Counted from the first letter of the stretch, positions 17,342-26,265 are shown. The stretch: 64,000 nucleotides of DNA from an uncultured Pseudomonadota bacterium (GCA_963839055.1 CAWITP010000002.1:162505-226504), one strand, 5' to 3'. Notes: generated by a model not told the origin, from the sequence alone. Program-made: numbers and translations.

Positions 17342-19960
17342 TCAGAACTTGTACTTGGCCTGAATCTGCACTTCGCGGCCTTCGATCGAGCGTCCGAAGC
17401 CCACGCCGTTCTGCACCGCGTTGCCTCCCACGCGTGCATTACCCTCGGTGAGACCGAGCTGGTCCGTCAGGTTCGTGCCAGCGACGCGGAATTGCCAGTT
17501 CTCGCCGATGTCGGCCACCACGCCTGCTGCCAGATCGTAGTAGCTGCCCAGCGGGTTCAGCCCAGTACTGTCCTGGTAGTGCTGACCGATGTGCTCGTAA
17601 GTCAGGTACTCGGTGAGCGTGCCCCAGCCGAAGTTCTGGGTGTCGCTAGGCATCACACGGATCTGGAACTTTGGCAGACGCGCGAGCTGCACGCCGTTGA
17701 TACTGCCGCAGACCACCTGGCCGGTGATGTTGGTATAGACGAAGCAGCCCTGGTAGTCCTTGTATTTGGCATTTTCGTAGTTGCCATTGACCGTGAGCTT
17801 TGCACCCTGCAGTAACACGTTGTCCATTCCGGCAAACGGAGTGACAGTGCCGATGAACCGCACGCCCTTGGACGTTGAACCGTAGGTGGTCGGCGGTCCG
17901 ATCGGCACGCTGTCGATGTTCACGGGCGTGTACTGGATGCCTGAGAACTCCTTGTCGTAGACCGACGCGTCGATGTACGCGAACTGGTTCTGCATCTTGA
18001 AGCCCACCTCGTAGTTGCGGATGGTGGTGAGGGGGGCGTTGCGGATAGCGCAGCCATTGGAGCCGTTGTATACGTTGCAGCGCACGCCATCGAAGTTGAG
18101 GAACTCGACGCCATTGTTGACGCGCGCATAGACGCTCATGTTGTCGGTGAGCTCGTAGTTCGCACCAACCGAGAACGTCGGCATGGTGTTGTGCTCACTG
18201 CGCGGCGTGAACGTTCCATTGGGCAGTCCGACAGCGTTGTCCCACAGGTCGAATGCCGAGCCGAGCTGTTTGTTCGCGATGTTGGCGGTCTGCTGATTCA
18301 GGTCGATGTGCTCCCCGCGAAGCGAGGCATCGAGCAGCAGCCGGTCGATTTTCCAGGAGTCCGACAGATAGATGGCGACGTTGGTGGCGCGGCCCGATTC
18401 CAGGATGTTGTAGCCGCCATTGGCGATCACGCCCTGCGGGCTGGTGAAGTTGTAGATGCTGCCGCCGGCAACGCCCTGCAGGATAATGGGACTCGCGTTC
18501 GGCTGATTGGTGATGAGCACGTTCGAGCCCAGAGACCAGGCATCGTTGTCTGTGTAGTGCGCGAAGTACACGCCGGCAGTTCCGACGTTGCCGTTGCCGA
18601 AGTCCTTCGCCAGGCGGAACTCGTCGGTAATGGTGAAGAGCTTCTTCTCTATGTACCAGACCTGCTGGGTCACGGTGCTCTGCGCGAGGCTGACGGGAGC
18701 GCCGTTGGCGAACGTCGGGATGACAGCCGCCGCGCTCAGCCCGGCGGGCAGCGTGAGGCCCGTGATGTAGGCGCCGAGCGTCACGGGATTGGCATTGTTA
18801 ACCAACGCGTGAGTATCCAGATAGCCACCGCCGACCAGGAAGTTGTTGATGATCGACCAGCCGCCGTCGAACTTCTGAGTAAAGTCCGCGCCGCCGTAGT
18901 TCAGCTGGCCGCCACGGCCAGAACTGATGTCGTCATTGCGGAAGCCGCCGCCCGGATTGGGAATCAGCAGATTCTGCAGCTGCTTGCTGTTGTAGGTGGA
19001 GTTGAGCTGATTGAAGCCAGGATAGGTTGAGACCGAGCTGCCGTTCACAATGTACGGAAAGTCGGCGTACCACTGGTTCTTGTCGTTCAGAGTCCGATAC
19101 CAGAACAGCAGCGAGCCGTCGTCCCACGTGTGCTTCAACGTGCCCGTCAGCTGGCCACCAACATCCGAGGTGTACTGCGGATTACGCACGCCGTTCGACG
19201 AGCGGAAGAAACCACCGATGCTTGCATACCAGCCATCAGCGATCTTGTCGCCGTAGAACGCATCGACCCGTTCCATACCTTCGAAGCCGTAGGTGACGCC
19301 GATCGAGCCCGAGGGCTTGTCCGAACCCGTGCGCAGGATGAAATTCGCGGTGGCGCCGGGCTGGCCCGACGAGAAGATGGCGCTCGTGCCGCCCTGGACG
19401 ATTTCCAGGCGCTCGATGGTGTCGTCGAGACGGGTCAGCGAGCTCGAATCCATGAAAGAGAGGGCGGCCGTGCCGTAGAGCGGCGAGCCCTGGATCATGG
19501 TGGTGAAATAAGGTGAGTCGCCGCCGCCGTTCGGAAAGCCGGCGATGTCGATGTTGGCGCCGGTCTGACCACCGGAGGCCTCCGGCCATACGCCAGGGGA
19601 GAGTTTGAATGCCTCGGCTGTGCTCTGCGGATTGGCGACCCTCAGGTCCTCGAGAGATACCGAGACGATGTTGTAACTGGCGTCGAGTTTCCTGAGACCC
19701 TGCGCCGCGTTGGCCGTCACCACGACTTCCTGCAGGCCTTCGCCCGCGGTGGGTGCTGCCTCCGTGGGGGTCTCCTCTGCTGCGTAAGCTGCGCTCGCGG
19801 TCATATACAGGATGCCGGCGACGGCAGCAGCGACGCTGACGGCGCTGACACGCGGCACGCGGCGCAAGTTTGAAAACGAACCGATCGGAGCTTTCACCGC
19901 TGAACGAGCGCTGCGCGTATGTTTGACGCATGCCCGGCCGCCTGACACTCGGATGCCCAT
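17342..19960 (-). CDS. TonB-dependent receptor
   Basis: Signal peptide ...AAAVAGILYMTASAAYA. Plug region LQEVVVTANAAQGLRKLDASYNIVSVSLEDL. A long beta-barrel ends in IQAKYKF (terminal Phe). The start at 19960 is preceded by GGGAGGGGG; the ORF extension to 20158 looks spurious. Confidence 0.9.
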   Translation of the reverse strand: MGIRVSGGRACVKHTRSARSAVKAPIGSFSNLRRVPRVSAVSVAAAVAGILYMTASAAYAAEETPTEAAPTAGEGLQEVVVTANAAQGLRKLDASYNIVSVSLEDLRVANPQSTAEAFKLSPGVWPEASGGQTGANIDIAGFPNGGGDSPYFTTMIQGSPLYGTAALSFMDSSSLTRLDDTIERLEIVQGGTSAIFSSGQPGATANFILRTGSDKPSGSIGVTYGFEGMERVDAFYGDKIADGWYASIGGFFRSSNGVRNPQYTSDVGGQLTGTLKHTWDDGSLLFWYRTLNDKNQWYADFPYIVNGSSVSTYPGFNQLNSTYNSKQLQNLLIPNPGGGFRNDDISSGRGGQLNYGGADFTQKFDGGWSIINNFLVGGGYLDTHALVNNANPVTLGAYITGLTLPAGLSAAAVIPTFANGAPVSLAQSTVTQQVWYIEKKLFTITDEFRLAKDFGNGNVGTAGVYFAHYTDNDAWSLGSNVLITNQPNASPIILQGVAGGSIYNFTSPQGVIANGGYNILESGRATNVAIYLSDSWKIDRLLLDASLRGEHIDLNQQTANIANKQLGSAFDLWDNAVGLPNGTFTPRSEHNTMPTFSVGANYELTDNMSVYARVNNGVEFLNFDGVRCNVYNGSNGCAIRNAPLTTIRNYEVGFKMQNQFAYIDASVYDKEFSGIQYTPVNIDSVPIGPPTTYGSTSKGVRFIGTVTPFAGMDNVLLQGAKLTVNGNYENAKYKDYQGCFVYTNITGQVVCGSINGVQLARLPKFQIRVMPSDTQNFGWGTLTEYLTYEHIGQHYQDSTGLNPLGSYYDLAAGVVADIGENWQFRVAGTNLTDQLGLTEGNARVGGNAVQNGVGFGRSIEGREVQIQAKYKF

Positions 19961-19992
19961 GTATCCCCCTCCCTTTACAAAATGAGTCATTC

Positions 19993-20018
19993 GCTGCAGA
20001 CACCCTTGCATCTGCAGC
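19993..20018 (-). promoter_or_regulatory. 8-bp inverted repeat in the TonB-dependent receptor leader (operator or leader hairpin)
   Basis: GCTGCAGA (19993-20000), a 10-nt spacer, then TCTGCAGC (20011-20018). It sits 33-58 nt upstream of the receptor start codon. Confidence 0.3.
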
Positions 20019-20370
20019 ATCCAAAATTCTTTGGCGCACCGCCGCGGCCGGAGCGCGAAGCAACGTCGCGTCGACGCTACGGTGGTGGTTGGGCAGGACT
20101 CTAATGCGAACACTGCAATTGAACAAGTCGTGTGCCGAAACTGCAACATGCACAGCAATAGGGCACCCGTTGAGTGAACTGAAATATCAGACTTAACGGA
20201 CGTTTAGGGCGGCGCAGCTTGACGATGTTCTGCCGCGACATTTACACCCGGTGAAACTTGTTGATGACCCACGACACCAACGTTGGTTAAAAACGACAAA
20301 GATGCAGACGAGGACTTCGGCTTGGCTATGAGGGTTATGCCATCATGCGCTGACGCGGGAACTGTTCCGG

Positions 20371-21279
20371 ATGACCGGGGGGTGTGCCTTGAGCAAACCC
20401 ATTCTTTACGGGGCCATCGAGGCGGGTGGCACGAAGTTCGTATGCGGGATCGGCACGGAGGCGGGGGTGCTGCTGGAGAGTGTGCGGATCGATACGCGCG
20501 ACCCGGTCACGACCCTCAGCGCCGTGTTCGATTATCTCGCAGCCGCGCGCCGGCGCCAGGGTCCGCTTCGCGCCGTGGGCGTGGGATCCTTCGGACCGCT
20601 TGATCTGCAGCGACGCTCGCCTGGCTACGGCTGTATCACCAACACGCCCAAAGCCGGCTGGAGGCAATTCGATCTGCTCGGAACCCTGGGCCGCCAACTC
20701 GCGGTGCCTGTGAGCATTGACACCGATGTCAATGCGGCTGCACTTGCGGAGGCACGCTGGGGCGCGGGTCAGCAGCTGCAGAGCCTCGCCTATGTCACTG
20801 TCGGCACCGGCATCGGCGCGGGAATCGTTCATGACGGACGCACGGTGAGGGGCCTGATCCATCCGGAGCTGGGGCATGTCATGGTCCGCAGACATCCCAG
20901 TGATCATGAGTTCCGCGGCATCTGCCCCTATCACGGTGATTGTCTCGAAGGTCTTGCCTGCGGGCCTGCCATCATCGCCCGGACCGGACAAACACTGGAA
21001 CGCGCAGCCCCCACGCAGCCGATCTGGGAGATCGAGGCAGACTACCTCGGACAGCTGGCGGCACTGCTGGTACTCAGCCACTCCTGTGAACGCATCGTGT
21101 TTGGTGGCGGCGTGATGCACAACACCGCCCTGCTGGGAAGGTTGCATGAGCGGATGCTGCTATGGCTTGGCGGATATCTTGCGCATGCCGCGCTCGCGCA
21201 GCCGGAGTACATCTGTGCACCGGCGCTCGGTGATCAGGCCGGTGTCATGGGAGCTCTTGCGCTGGCGCTGCTTGGCTGA
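20371..21279 (+). CDS. ROK family fructokinase/sugar kinase
   Basis: LYGAIEAGGTKFVCGIG (ATP-binding), TVGTGIGAGIV, and the ROK zinc motif HPELGH...CPYHGDCLEG. An in-frame TTG at 20389 (MSKPILYG) is an alternative start. Confidence 0.85.
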   Translation: MTGGCALSKPILYGAIEAGGTKFVCGIGTEAGVLLESVRIDTRDPVTTLSAVFDYLAAARRRQGPLRAVGVGSFGPLDLQRRSPGYGCITNTPKAGWRQFDLLGTLGRQLAVPVSIDTDVNAAALAEARWGAGQQLQSLAYVTVGTGIGAGIVHDGRTVRGLIHPELGHVMVRRHPSDHEFRGICPYHGDCLEGLACGPAIIARTGQTLERAAPTQPIWEIEADYLGQLAALLVLSHSCERIVFGGGVMHNTALLGRLHERMLLWLGGYLAHAALAQPEYICAPALGDQAGVMGALALALLG

Positions 21280-21313
21280 ACTGGCGCGCACGAATATTGC
21301 TACGGTCACGCAT

Positions 21314-22024
21314 ATGAAACCCAAAAACTCTGGCGCGAGACTCGTCGCTTTGCGACCGACTGCGCGCGTTTCCACCGCGGGTCGCGCCGGCGCTCGTCTG
21401 CCAACCGTTCTGGCGATGATGACTCTGTTGACAGTCGCTGTGCTGGCAATCCCTCTGCTGAGTGGCTGTGACCAGCTCGGGTTCGGCCATAAGGGTCCTG
21501 TGGATGACGGCGCGCCGAGCGAACAACAACTGCAGCAGATCAGCTACATGTCCACGCGGCCCGGGCCGAACGCACGCAAGCTTTACGATCACTATGAACA
21601 GGCACATTCCTGCGCGGATTACGAGCTGGCCATGCGCTGGGATCGGCCCCCCAACATCGCCGGGGGCACCTTCCAGAAGAAATTGCGTTATCTCACTCAC
21701 GACTGGCCGGCCGATGTTGCCAAAGACACCGAAGTCTTCCTGAGCGGCAAGATCGAGAAAGGCGAGACACTGCCTTCGGGCGCCGCCGGCTGGTATGTGC
21801 GCATGGCGGATGGAACGTTGCTGCAGCTGGTGGAAATGGCGAACTTCCTGCAGAAGGAAGATCAGGACACCGAGCCGGGCAAGCCCAAGGCGCTGGAGAA
21901 GCCGAACCTGCCGGGCAGGATGCTGTGCGGGCAGGGTGTCGTGCAGGGCCCGACGGGCAAGGATCCTGAGGGTAAGCCGATACCGCTGGTGTCCATGCTC
22001 TACGCGATGGACCGGGAACACTGA
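21314..22024 (+). CDS. hypothetical lipoprotein
   Basis: MKPKNSG...LLTVAVLAIPLLSGC lipobox. I recognise no family. The gene is covered antisense by the artefactual read-through of the phaC frame. Confidence 0.55.
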   Translation: MKPKNSGARLVALRPTARVSTAGRAGARLPTVLAMMTLLTVAVLAIPLLSGCDQLGFGHKGPVDDGAPSEQQLQQISYMSTRPGPNARKLYDHYEQAHSCADYELAMRWDRPPNIAGGTFQKKLRYLTHDWPADVAKDTEVFLSGKIEKGETLPSGAAGWYVRMADGTLLQLVEMANFLQKEDQDTEPGKPKALEKPNLPGRMLCGQGVVQGPTGKDPEGKPIPLVSMLYAMDREH

Positions 22025-22079
22025 CCCGAGGCGCGACCTTGGGCCGGGACGCGTCGCGATCCGCGCCGATGCGTGCGTG

Positions 22080-23983
22080 TTACTCGCGCACGTAGCGGCC
22101 GGGAGCGTCCTCGAGCTTCTTTCCTTCTGACCGGGCATTCCGCTGACCGGCCGCGCCGGTACGCGTTCGGCCAGCGAATGAGTGGCAAGCCACTTTTGCC
22201 ACACCGGCCACCAGGAACCGGCTGTCACGGGAGCTGCGGCCAGCCACTCCGCTGCGCTCAGTGTCTCGCCCGCATCCGACCATGTCAGGGTCCGGTAGCG
22301 CCGTTTGGGATGAGAAGATCCGCTCACGATGCCTGCGTTGTGACCGCCGCTCGTCAGCAGAAACGTGTAGTCAACCGAGCGGGTCAGAGTGCGCACCTTG
22401 TAGACCGCCTGCCAGGGCGCGACGTGGTCCGTCTCCGTGCCCACCACGAACATCGGCAGCTGGATCGACTGCAGATTGACGGGCTGCGCACCAATCGAGA
22501 ACGTGCCGGCCGCGAGCTCGTTTTTCAAATACAGCCGCTCCAGATACTCGCTGTGCATCCGCCACGGCATGCGCGTGCCGTCGGCGTTCCAGGACATCAG
22601 GTCGTTCTGCTTGGCGCGCTCGCCGCGAATATAGGTGTTGACCGCGGGCGTCCACAGCAGATCTCGCGAGCGCAGCAGGGTGAAAGCGCCCCCCATGCGC
22701 TCGCTGTCCAGTACGCCCGCCTTGTGCATCACCGCTTCCAGCATCGCGAGCTGGCTCGGACTGATGAACACCGACAACTCTCCTGGCTCACTGAATTCGG
22801 TGAGCGCAGCGAGCAGGGTTACGGAGGCGATGCGGGTGTCGCCCTGCTGGGCGAGCAACGCGCTGCCGATGGACAGTAACGTGCCCCCGATGCAATAACC
22901 GACCGCGTGAATCCTGCGCTTCGGCACGATCGCACCCACCGCATCCAGCGCCTCGCGCAGGCCGAGCTGCACGTAGTCATCGAGTCCAAGATCCCGATCG
23001 GCGGCCGTCGGGTTCTTCCAGGAGATCATGAAAACCGTGTGACCCTGCTCGACCAGGTAACGCACCATGGAATTGCGCGGCGACAAATCCAGGATGTAGT
23101 ACTTCATGATCCAGGCTGGGGTGATAAGGATCGGCTCGGCGTAAACCGTCTCGGTCTGCGGGGAGTACTGCAACAGCTCGATGAGCCGATTGCTGTACAC
23201 CACCTTGCCGGGCGTAACGGCCACATCCTTGCCGACTTCGAATTGCGCAGCACTCTTCTTCTGGCGGCCATTGGTGATGGCTGCGGTGTCCTCCAGCCAA
23301 TGCTTGAAGCCGCGCACCAGATTCTGTCCCGACTCGCGCGCCGTCTGGTTCAGCAGCTCCGGATTGGTGTGCAGGAAGTTGGCGGGGTTCGCCGCAGCCA
23401 CCATCTGCTGGGCGGCAAATTTCAGCCGGTTCTGCTCCGCGCTCTCGGCCGCGGCCGTCCTCGTTCCAGCCTGCAGGGCTTCCTGCATCCAGCTGGCCCA
23501 GTTGGCGTAAGAGCGTGCGTAGAGGTTGAAAGGCCATACGTTCCAGGCGGGATCCGCGAATCCGGTGGCGCCCGGTGCCGCGGCAGCGGCGCTAGCGGAA
23601 GATTTAGCGTCCGGCGTGGCAGTCGCCGAAGGGCCTGCCGGGCTGGCGCCCGCGGCGCCCGGCTTGCCGCCCAGGGCGGAAGCTGGAATACCGGCGGCAG
23701 CAAAGGGCACCCCCGCGGCAGCAAAGGGCACCCCCGCGGCAGCAAAGGGCACCCCCGCGGCAGCAAAGGGCGCCCCCGCGGCGGCCTGCCAGGCGAACTG
23801 CCAGGTGTCGAGCGATTTCTCGACTGCGCTCTTCAGCAGATTGAGTTGCTTGTCGGGCTCGCGGGAGAGGTTGAGATACCAGTTCCACCACGCGCTGACG
23901 TAGTCGTCCGGCGCCAGGCCGCCTGTCGCGGTGGCCAGCTGCGCAAGCAGCTCACGATGAATTTCTTTCTTGCTTTGGGCCAT
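22080..23983 (-). CDS. phaC: class I poly(R)-hydroxyalkanoate synthase, apparent 1-nt frameshift at the 3' end (possible pseudogene or sequencing error)
   Basis: Lipase box GYCIGG, TETDHVAPW (Asp), SGGHNAGIV (His) and the C-terminal GSWWPVWQKWLATHS..VPAR. The conserved last motif KKLEDAPGRYVRE-stop is in the adjacent frame (ORF 22080-22283). The span is 1904 nt, not a multiple of 3. Confidence 0.8.
23697..23780 (-). repeat. 21-bp in-frame tandem repeat x4 inside phaC (heptapeptide G-V/A-P-F-A-A-A)
   Basis: gcagcaaagggcacccccgcg repeats at 23697, 23718 and 23739; a one-mismatch copy is at 23760. A degenerate fifth unit (GIPASAL) lies just below 23697. Confidence 0.9.
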
Positions 23984-24105
23984 CGCATCCCCATCCGGAT
24001 GCGACGGCTCCTGCGGACGTCTCAGCACAGCGGAACCCCTCGTTTGGCTGTGTCGCGGCAACCGATCGTAACCGGTCACCTGCTGTCAGGCGATGCTGAG
24101 TGAAA

Positions 24106-24129
24106 TCCGTGCGCTGGTGCAGCCCGGCA
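24106..24129 (-). terminator. GC-rich hairpin downstream of the phasin gene
   Basis: GGTGCAGCC (24106-24114), a 6-nt loop, then GGCTGCACC (24121-24129); a perfect 9-bp stem about 30 nt past the phasin stop. No clear U-tract. Confidence 0.45.
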
Positions 24130-24160
24130 GGGCTGCACCTGGCGCATCAATGCTTCAGGC

Positions 24161-24514
24161 TCAGGCGGCCTTCTTGGCGGACGCGGACGCGGCGGCGCGA
24201 TTGGCCGTATCGCTCGCGAAAGTCGTCACGTTGCCCTGGACCTCGGAGGCGATCGCCGAGAATTCCTGAGCACGAGCACGCAGTTTGTCGCTCAGACGGG
24301 CACCCAGCTCAGACTGCTTGGACAGCAGCTCGGCAGGAGTACGGGCGGCGATTGCGGCCTGCGTGTGGGCCAGACCGGCCTCGAGATAGTCGCCGGCGAC
24401 AGCGTACTGAAAACGGGCGAAGCGCTCGATAGCCTTCAGGCCCTGCTCCTGTGCCTTGTGCACGGAGGCGAAGGTGTCGCGATAGCTCTCGAGCCAGTCG
24501 AAATTCTGATCCAT
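24161..24514 (-). CDS. phaP: phasin family protein
   Basis: 117-aa Ala/Gln/Glu-rich helical protein (MDQNFDWLESYRDTFASVHKAQEQGLKAIERFARFQ...) located between phaC and phaR. AGAGGAG lies 7 nt upstream of the ATG at 24514. Confidence 0.8.
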   Translation of the reverse strand: MDQNFDWLESYRDTFASVHKAQEQGLKAIERFARFQYAVAGDYLEAGLAHTQAAIAARTPAELLSKQSELGARLSDKLRARAQEFSAIASEVQGNVTTFASDTANRAAASASAKKAA

Positions 24515-24545
24515 GGTGTGCTCCTCTGGGTGGTTTGCGAGCGCC

Positions 24546-24573
24546 ATTATACCCAGTTTTGTATGCAGTGCAA
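24546..24573 (-). promoter_or_regulatory. sigma70-type promoter of the phasin gene overlapping a candidate PhaR box
   Basis: On the minus strand: TTGCAC (24573-24568), a 16-nt spacer, then TATAAT (24551-24546), about 30 nt upstream of the ATG. The -35 element is embedded in TGTATGCAGTGCAA (24560-24573). Confidence 0.6.
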
Positions 24574-24679
24574 GATAAACTTTTGCCGGAGTCAATAGAT
24601 ATGTAACTTCATGATAAATATTGAAAATAAATTGCTAAATTGTTACGTCAGCGCTGCTGTTTAGCGCGCTGCATACAAA

Positions 24680-25441
24680 CTACAGCCGCAGCCCGCCATC
24701 GACCTCCAGGACCCGCCCGGTAAAGAACTCATTCTCGAGGATGAAGCCCACCGCCTGGGCGATCTCGGTTGACTCGGCGAGTCGCCCCAGCGGCACCGGG
24801 GCGGTAACCCGGGCGAGTACCTCGGGCTTCATCGCCGCAACCATCGGGGTGCGTACGAAGCCCGGTGCCACCGCGCCCACGCGGATCCGGTGGCGCGCCA
24901 GCTCCTTCGCCCACACCACCGTCATGGCGGCGACTCCCGCCTTGGCGGCCGTGTAGTTGCTCTGTCCGGCGTTGCCCTCACGCGAGATGCTGGAGATGTT
25001 GACGATCACTCCGGCGTTATTCAGACGGATCATGCGTTCAGCGGCTTCGCGCGCGCACAGGAACACGCCGGTCAGGTTGACGTCGATGACGGCCTGCCAC
25101 TGTGCGAGAGTCATCTTGCCGACCACTTCGCCGTCCTTCACCTTCACGAGCAGCGAGTCGCGCAGGATCCCCGCGTTGTTGACGAGTGCATCCAGCCGGC
25201 CGAAGTCGGTCACGACCGCGTCCAGAGCGCCGCTCACCGAGTCTTCAGCCGAGACATCGACCTGATAGCAGCGTGCCCGCACGCCAGCAGCGCTGCACAG
25301 TTCCGCGGTCTCCGCCAGATCGCTCTGCGTCACATCGAGCAGCGCCAGATCGGCACCGCGCGCGGCGCACCACTGCGCGATCGCGCGGCCAATGCCCCGG
25401 CCAGCGCCGGTCACGACTATCGTCTTACCCCGAATATCCAC
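24680..25441 (-). CDS. SDR-family 3-oxoacyl reductase (candidate acetoacetyl-CoA reductase by context)
   Basis: TGAGRGIGRAIA cofactor motif, NNAG, and the SISREGNAGQSNYTAAKAG catalytic YxxxK. The GTG start at 25441 has AGGAG 8 nt upstream. Confidence 0.85.
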   Translation of the reverse strand: MDIRGKTIVVTGAGRGIGRAIAQWCAARGADLALLDVTQSDLAETAELCSAAGVRARCYQVDVSAEDSVSGALDAVVTDFGRLDALVNNAGILRDSLLVKVKDGEVVGKMTLAQWQAVIDVNLTGVFLCAREAAERMIRLNNAGVIVNISSISREGNAGQSNYTAAKAGVAAMTVVWAKELARHRIRVGAVAPGFVRTPMVAAMKPEVLARVTAPVPLGRLAESTEIAQAVGFILENEFFTGRVLEVDGGLRL

Positions 25442-25537
25442 TGAGTAACTCCTGCTGTCGCTCGATGGGCGTGCGCCAATCGGCAACCTGTTGTTGGATC
25501 GATTTGATGGTTGAAGGGCGTTATGCCTGGGGGCGCA

Positions 25538-26047
25538 CTAACCGCGGCGCTTGCCGCCGCGCGGGCCTGCGGCCTTATCCGGTTCCGGCTCGGGGGGTGC
25601 TGCTCCCGGGACGAATGCCGAGAGCATGGAGGCTTGCATCTTCGCCCACAGCTCCATGTTCTGTCGTGCCATGTCCGCCACCGGTGCCATGGGCGACTCC
25701 AGCACGCGTGTCATCTCCGCCTGCATGAGTTGTTGCTGGCGCAGCAGAGTGCCGATGCTCTGTTCGAGATAGCGGGTCAGCATCTCCTGCACCGGATTGC
25801 CGTAAAAGCGGATGATGGCTTCGAGCAGCGAGGTGCTCAGCACCGGTGTGCCGAATTGCTCCTGGCTGGCAATGATCTGCAGCAGGATCGCACGGGTGAC
25901 ATCTTCGCCGCTCTTGTCTTCCACCACCTGCACGCGCTCGCCGGAGCCGATCATTTTCCTGATATCGTCGAGCGTGACGTGGCGGCTGTCGGTGGCGTCG
26001 TAGAGCCGCCGATTGGCGTATTTGCGTATCAGTCTTGGTTCTGCCAT
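25538..26047 (-). CDS. phaR: polyhydroxyalkanoate synthesis repressor PhaR
   Basis: The N-terminus MAEPRLIRKYANRRLYDATDSRHVTLDDIRKMI is the PhaR DNA-binding signature. GGGGGAG precedes the ATG at 26047. Confidence 0.9.
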   Translation of the reverse strand: MAEPRLIRKYANRRLYDATDSRHVTLDDIRKMIGSGERVQVVEDKSGEDVTRAILLQIIASQEQFGTPVLSTSLLEAIIRFYGNPVQEMLTRYLEQSIGTLLRQQQLMQAEMTRVLESPMAPVADMARQNMELWAKMQASMLSAFVPGAAPPEPEPDKAAGPRGGKRRG

Positions 26048-26080
26048 GGCTCCCCCCTCGGTCGCCTGACTAGATGGTAA

Positions 26081-26096
26081 TGTATGCATTGCACAA
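26081..26096 (-). promoter_or_regulatory. second copy of the candidate PhaR box, upstream of phaR
   Basis: TGTATGCATTGCACAA at 34-49 nt upstream of the phaR ATG. It matches the phasin-promoter box TGTATGCAGTGCAA at 12 of 14 positions, in the same orientation relative to the gene. Confidence 0.45.
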
Positions 26097-26265
26097 TGTC
26101 TCCAGCTGCCCGCAAGCCCCGTACCTGCGTCACCCTTTTGCGAGGTTTCATAGGGATATCTGCCTCCTTCGTGTACTACGGACCGACAAATCGCGGGCCG
26201 AGATCCTGCAGCGCATACTTATGTGAAAGCGATTGCGCACGGGGCCCTGGGAGTGCTGCCGGGCG

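Noticed and set aside
19961-20158. The 66-codon N-terminal extension of the TonB-dependent receptor ORF (start at 20158).
   Set aside because: The extension has no signal-peptide character. The internal ATG at 19960 is preceded by GGGAGGGGG and is followed directly by a plausible signal peptide.
21245-22079. The lower third of the 944-aa minus-strand ORF (21245-24079), which would make a ~910-aa PhaC fusion.
   Set aside because: After the PhaC motif ...VPARPVSGMPGQKE the translation becomes Arg/Ala/His-rich nonsense. It runs antisense to a lipobox-bearing plus-strand gene. The canonical PhaC tail (KKLEDAPGRYVRE-stop) sits in the neighbouring frame. This is read-through caused by a 1-nt frameshift in stop-poor, GC-rich DNA.
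22110-22140. Programmed -1 ribosomal frameshifting as the explanation for the phaC frame change.
   Set aside because: There is no X-XXY-YYZ slippery heptamer and no obvious downstream stem-loop at the shift site (CAGAAGGAAAGAAGCUCGAG). Loss of a single base from a short G run is the simpler explanation.
24649-24671. The hairpin CAGCGC-N11-GCGCTG just downstream of the SDR gene, considered as a Rho-independent terminator.
   Set aside because: The stem is only 6 bp and the T-rich run on the transcribed strand begins ~15 nt after it rather than adjoining it. It is plausible but too weak to list as a feature.
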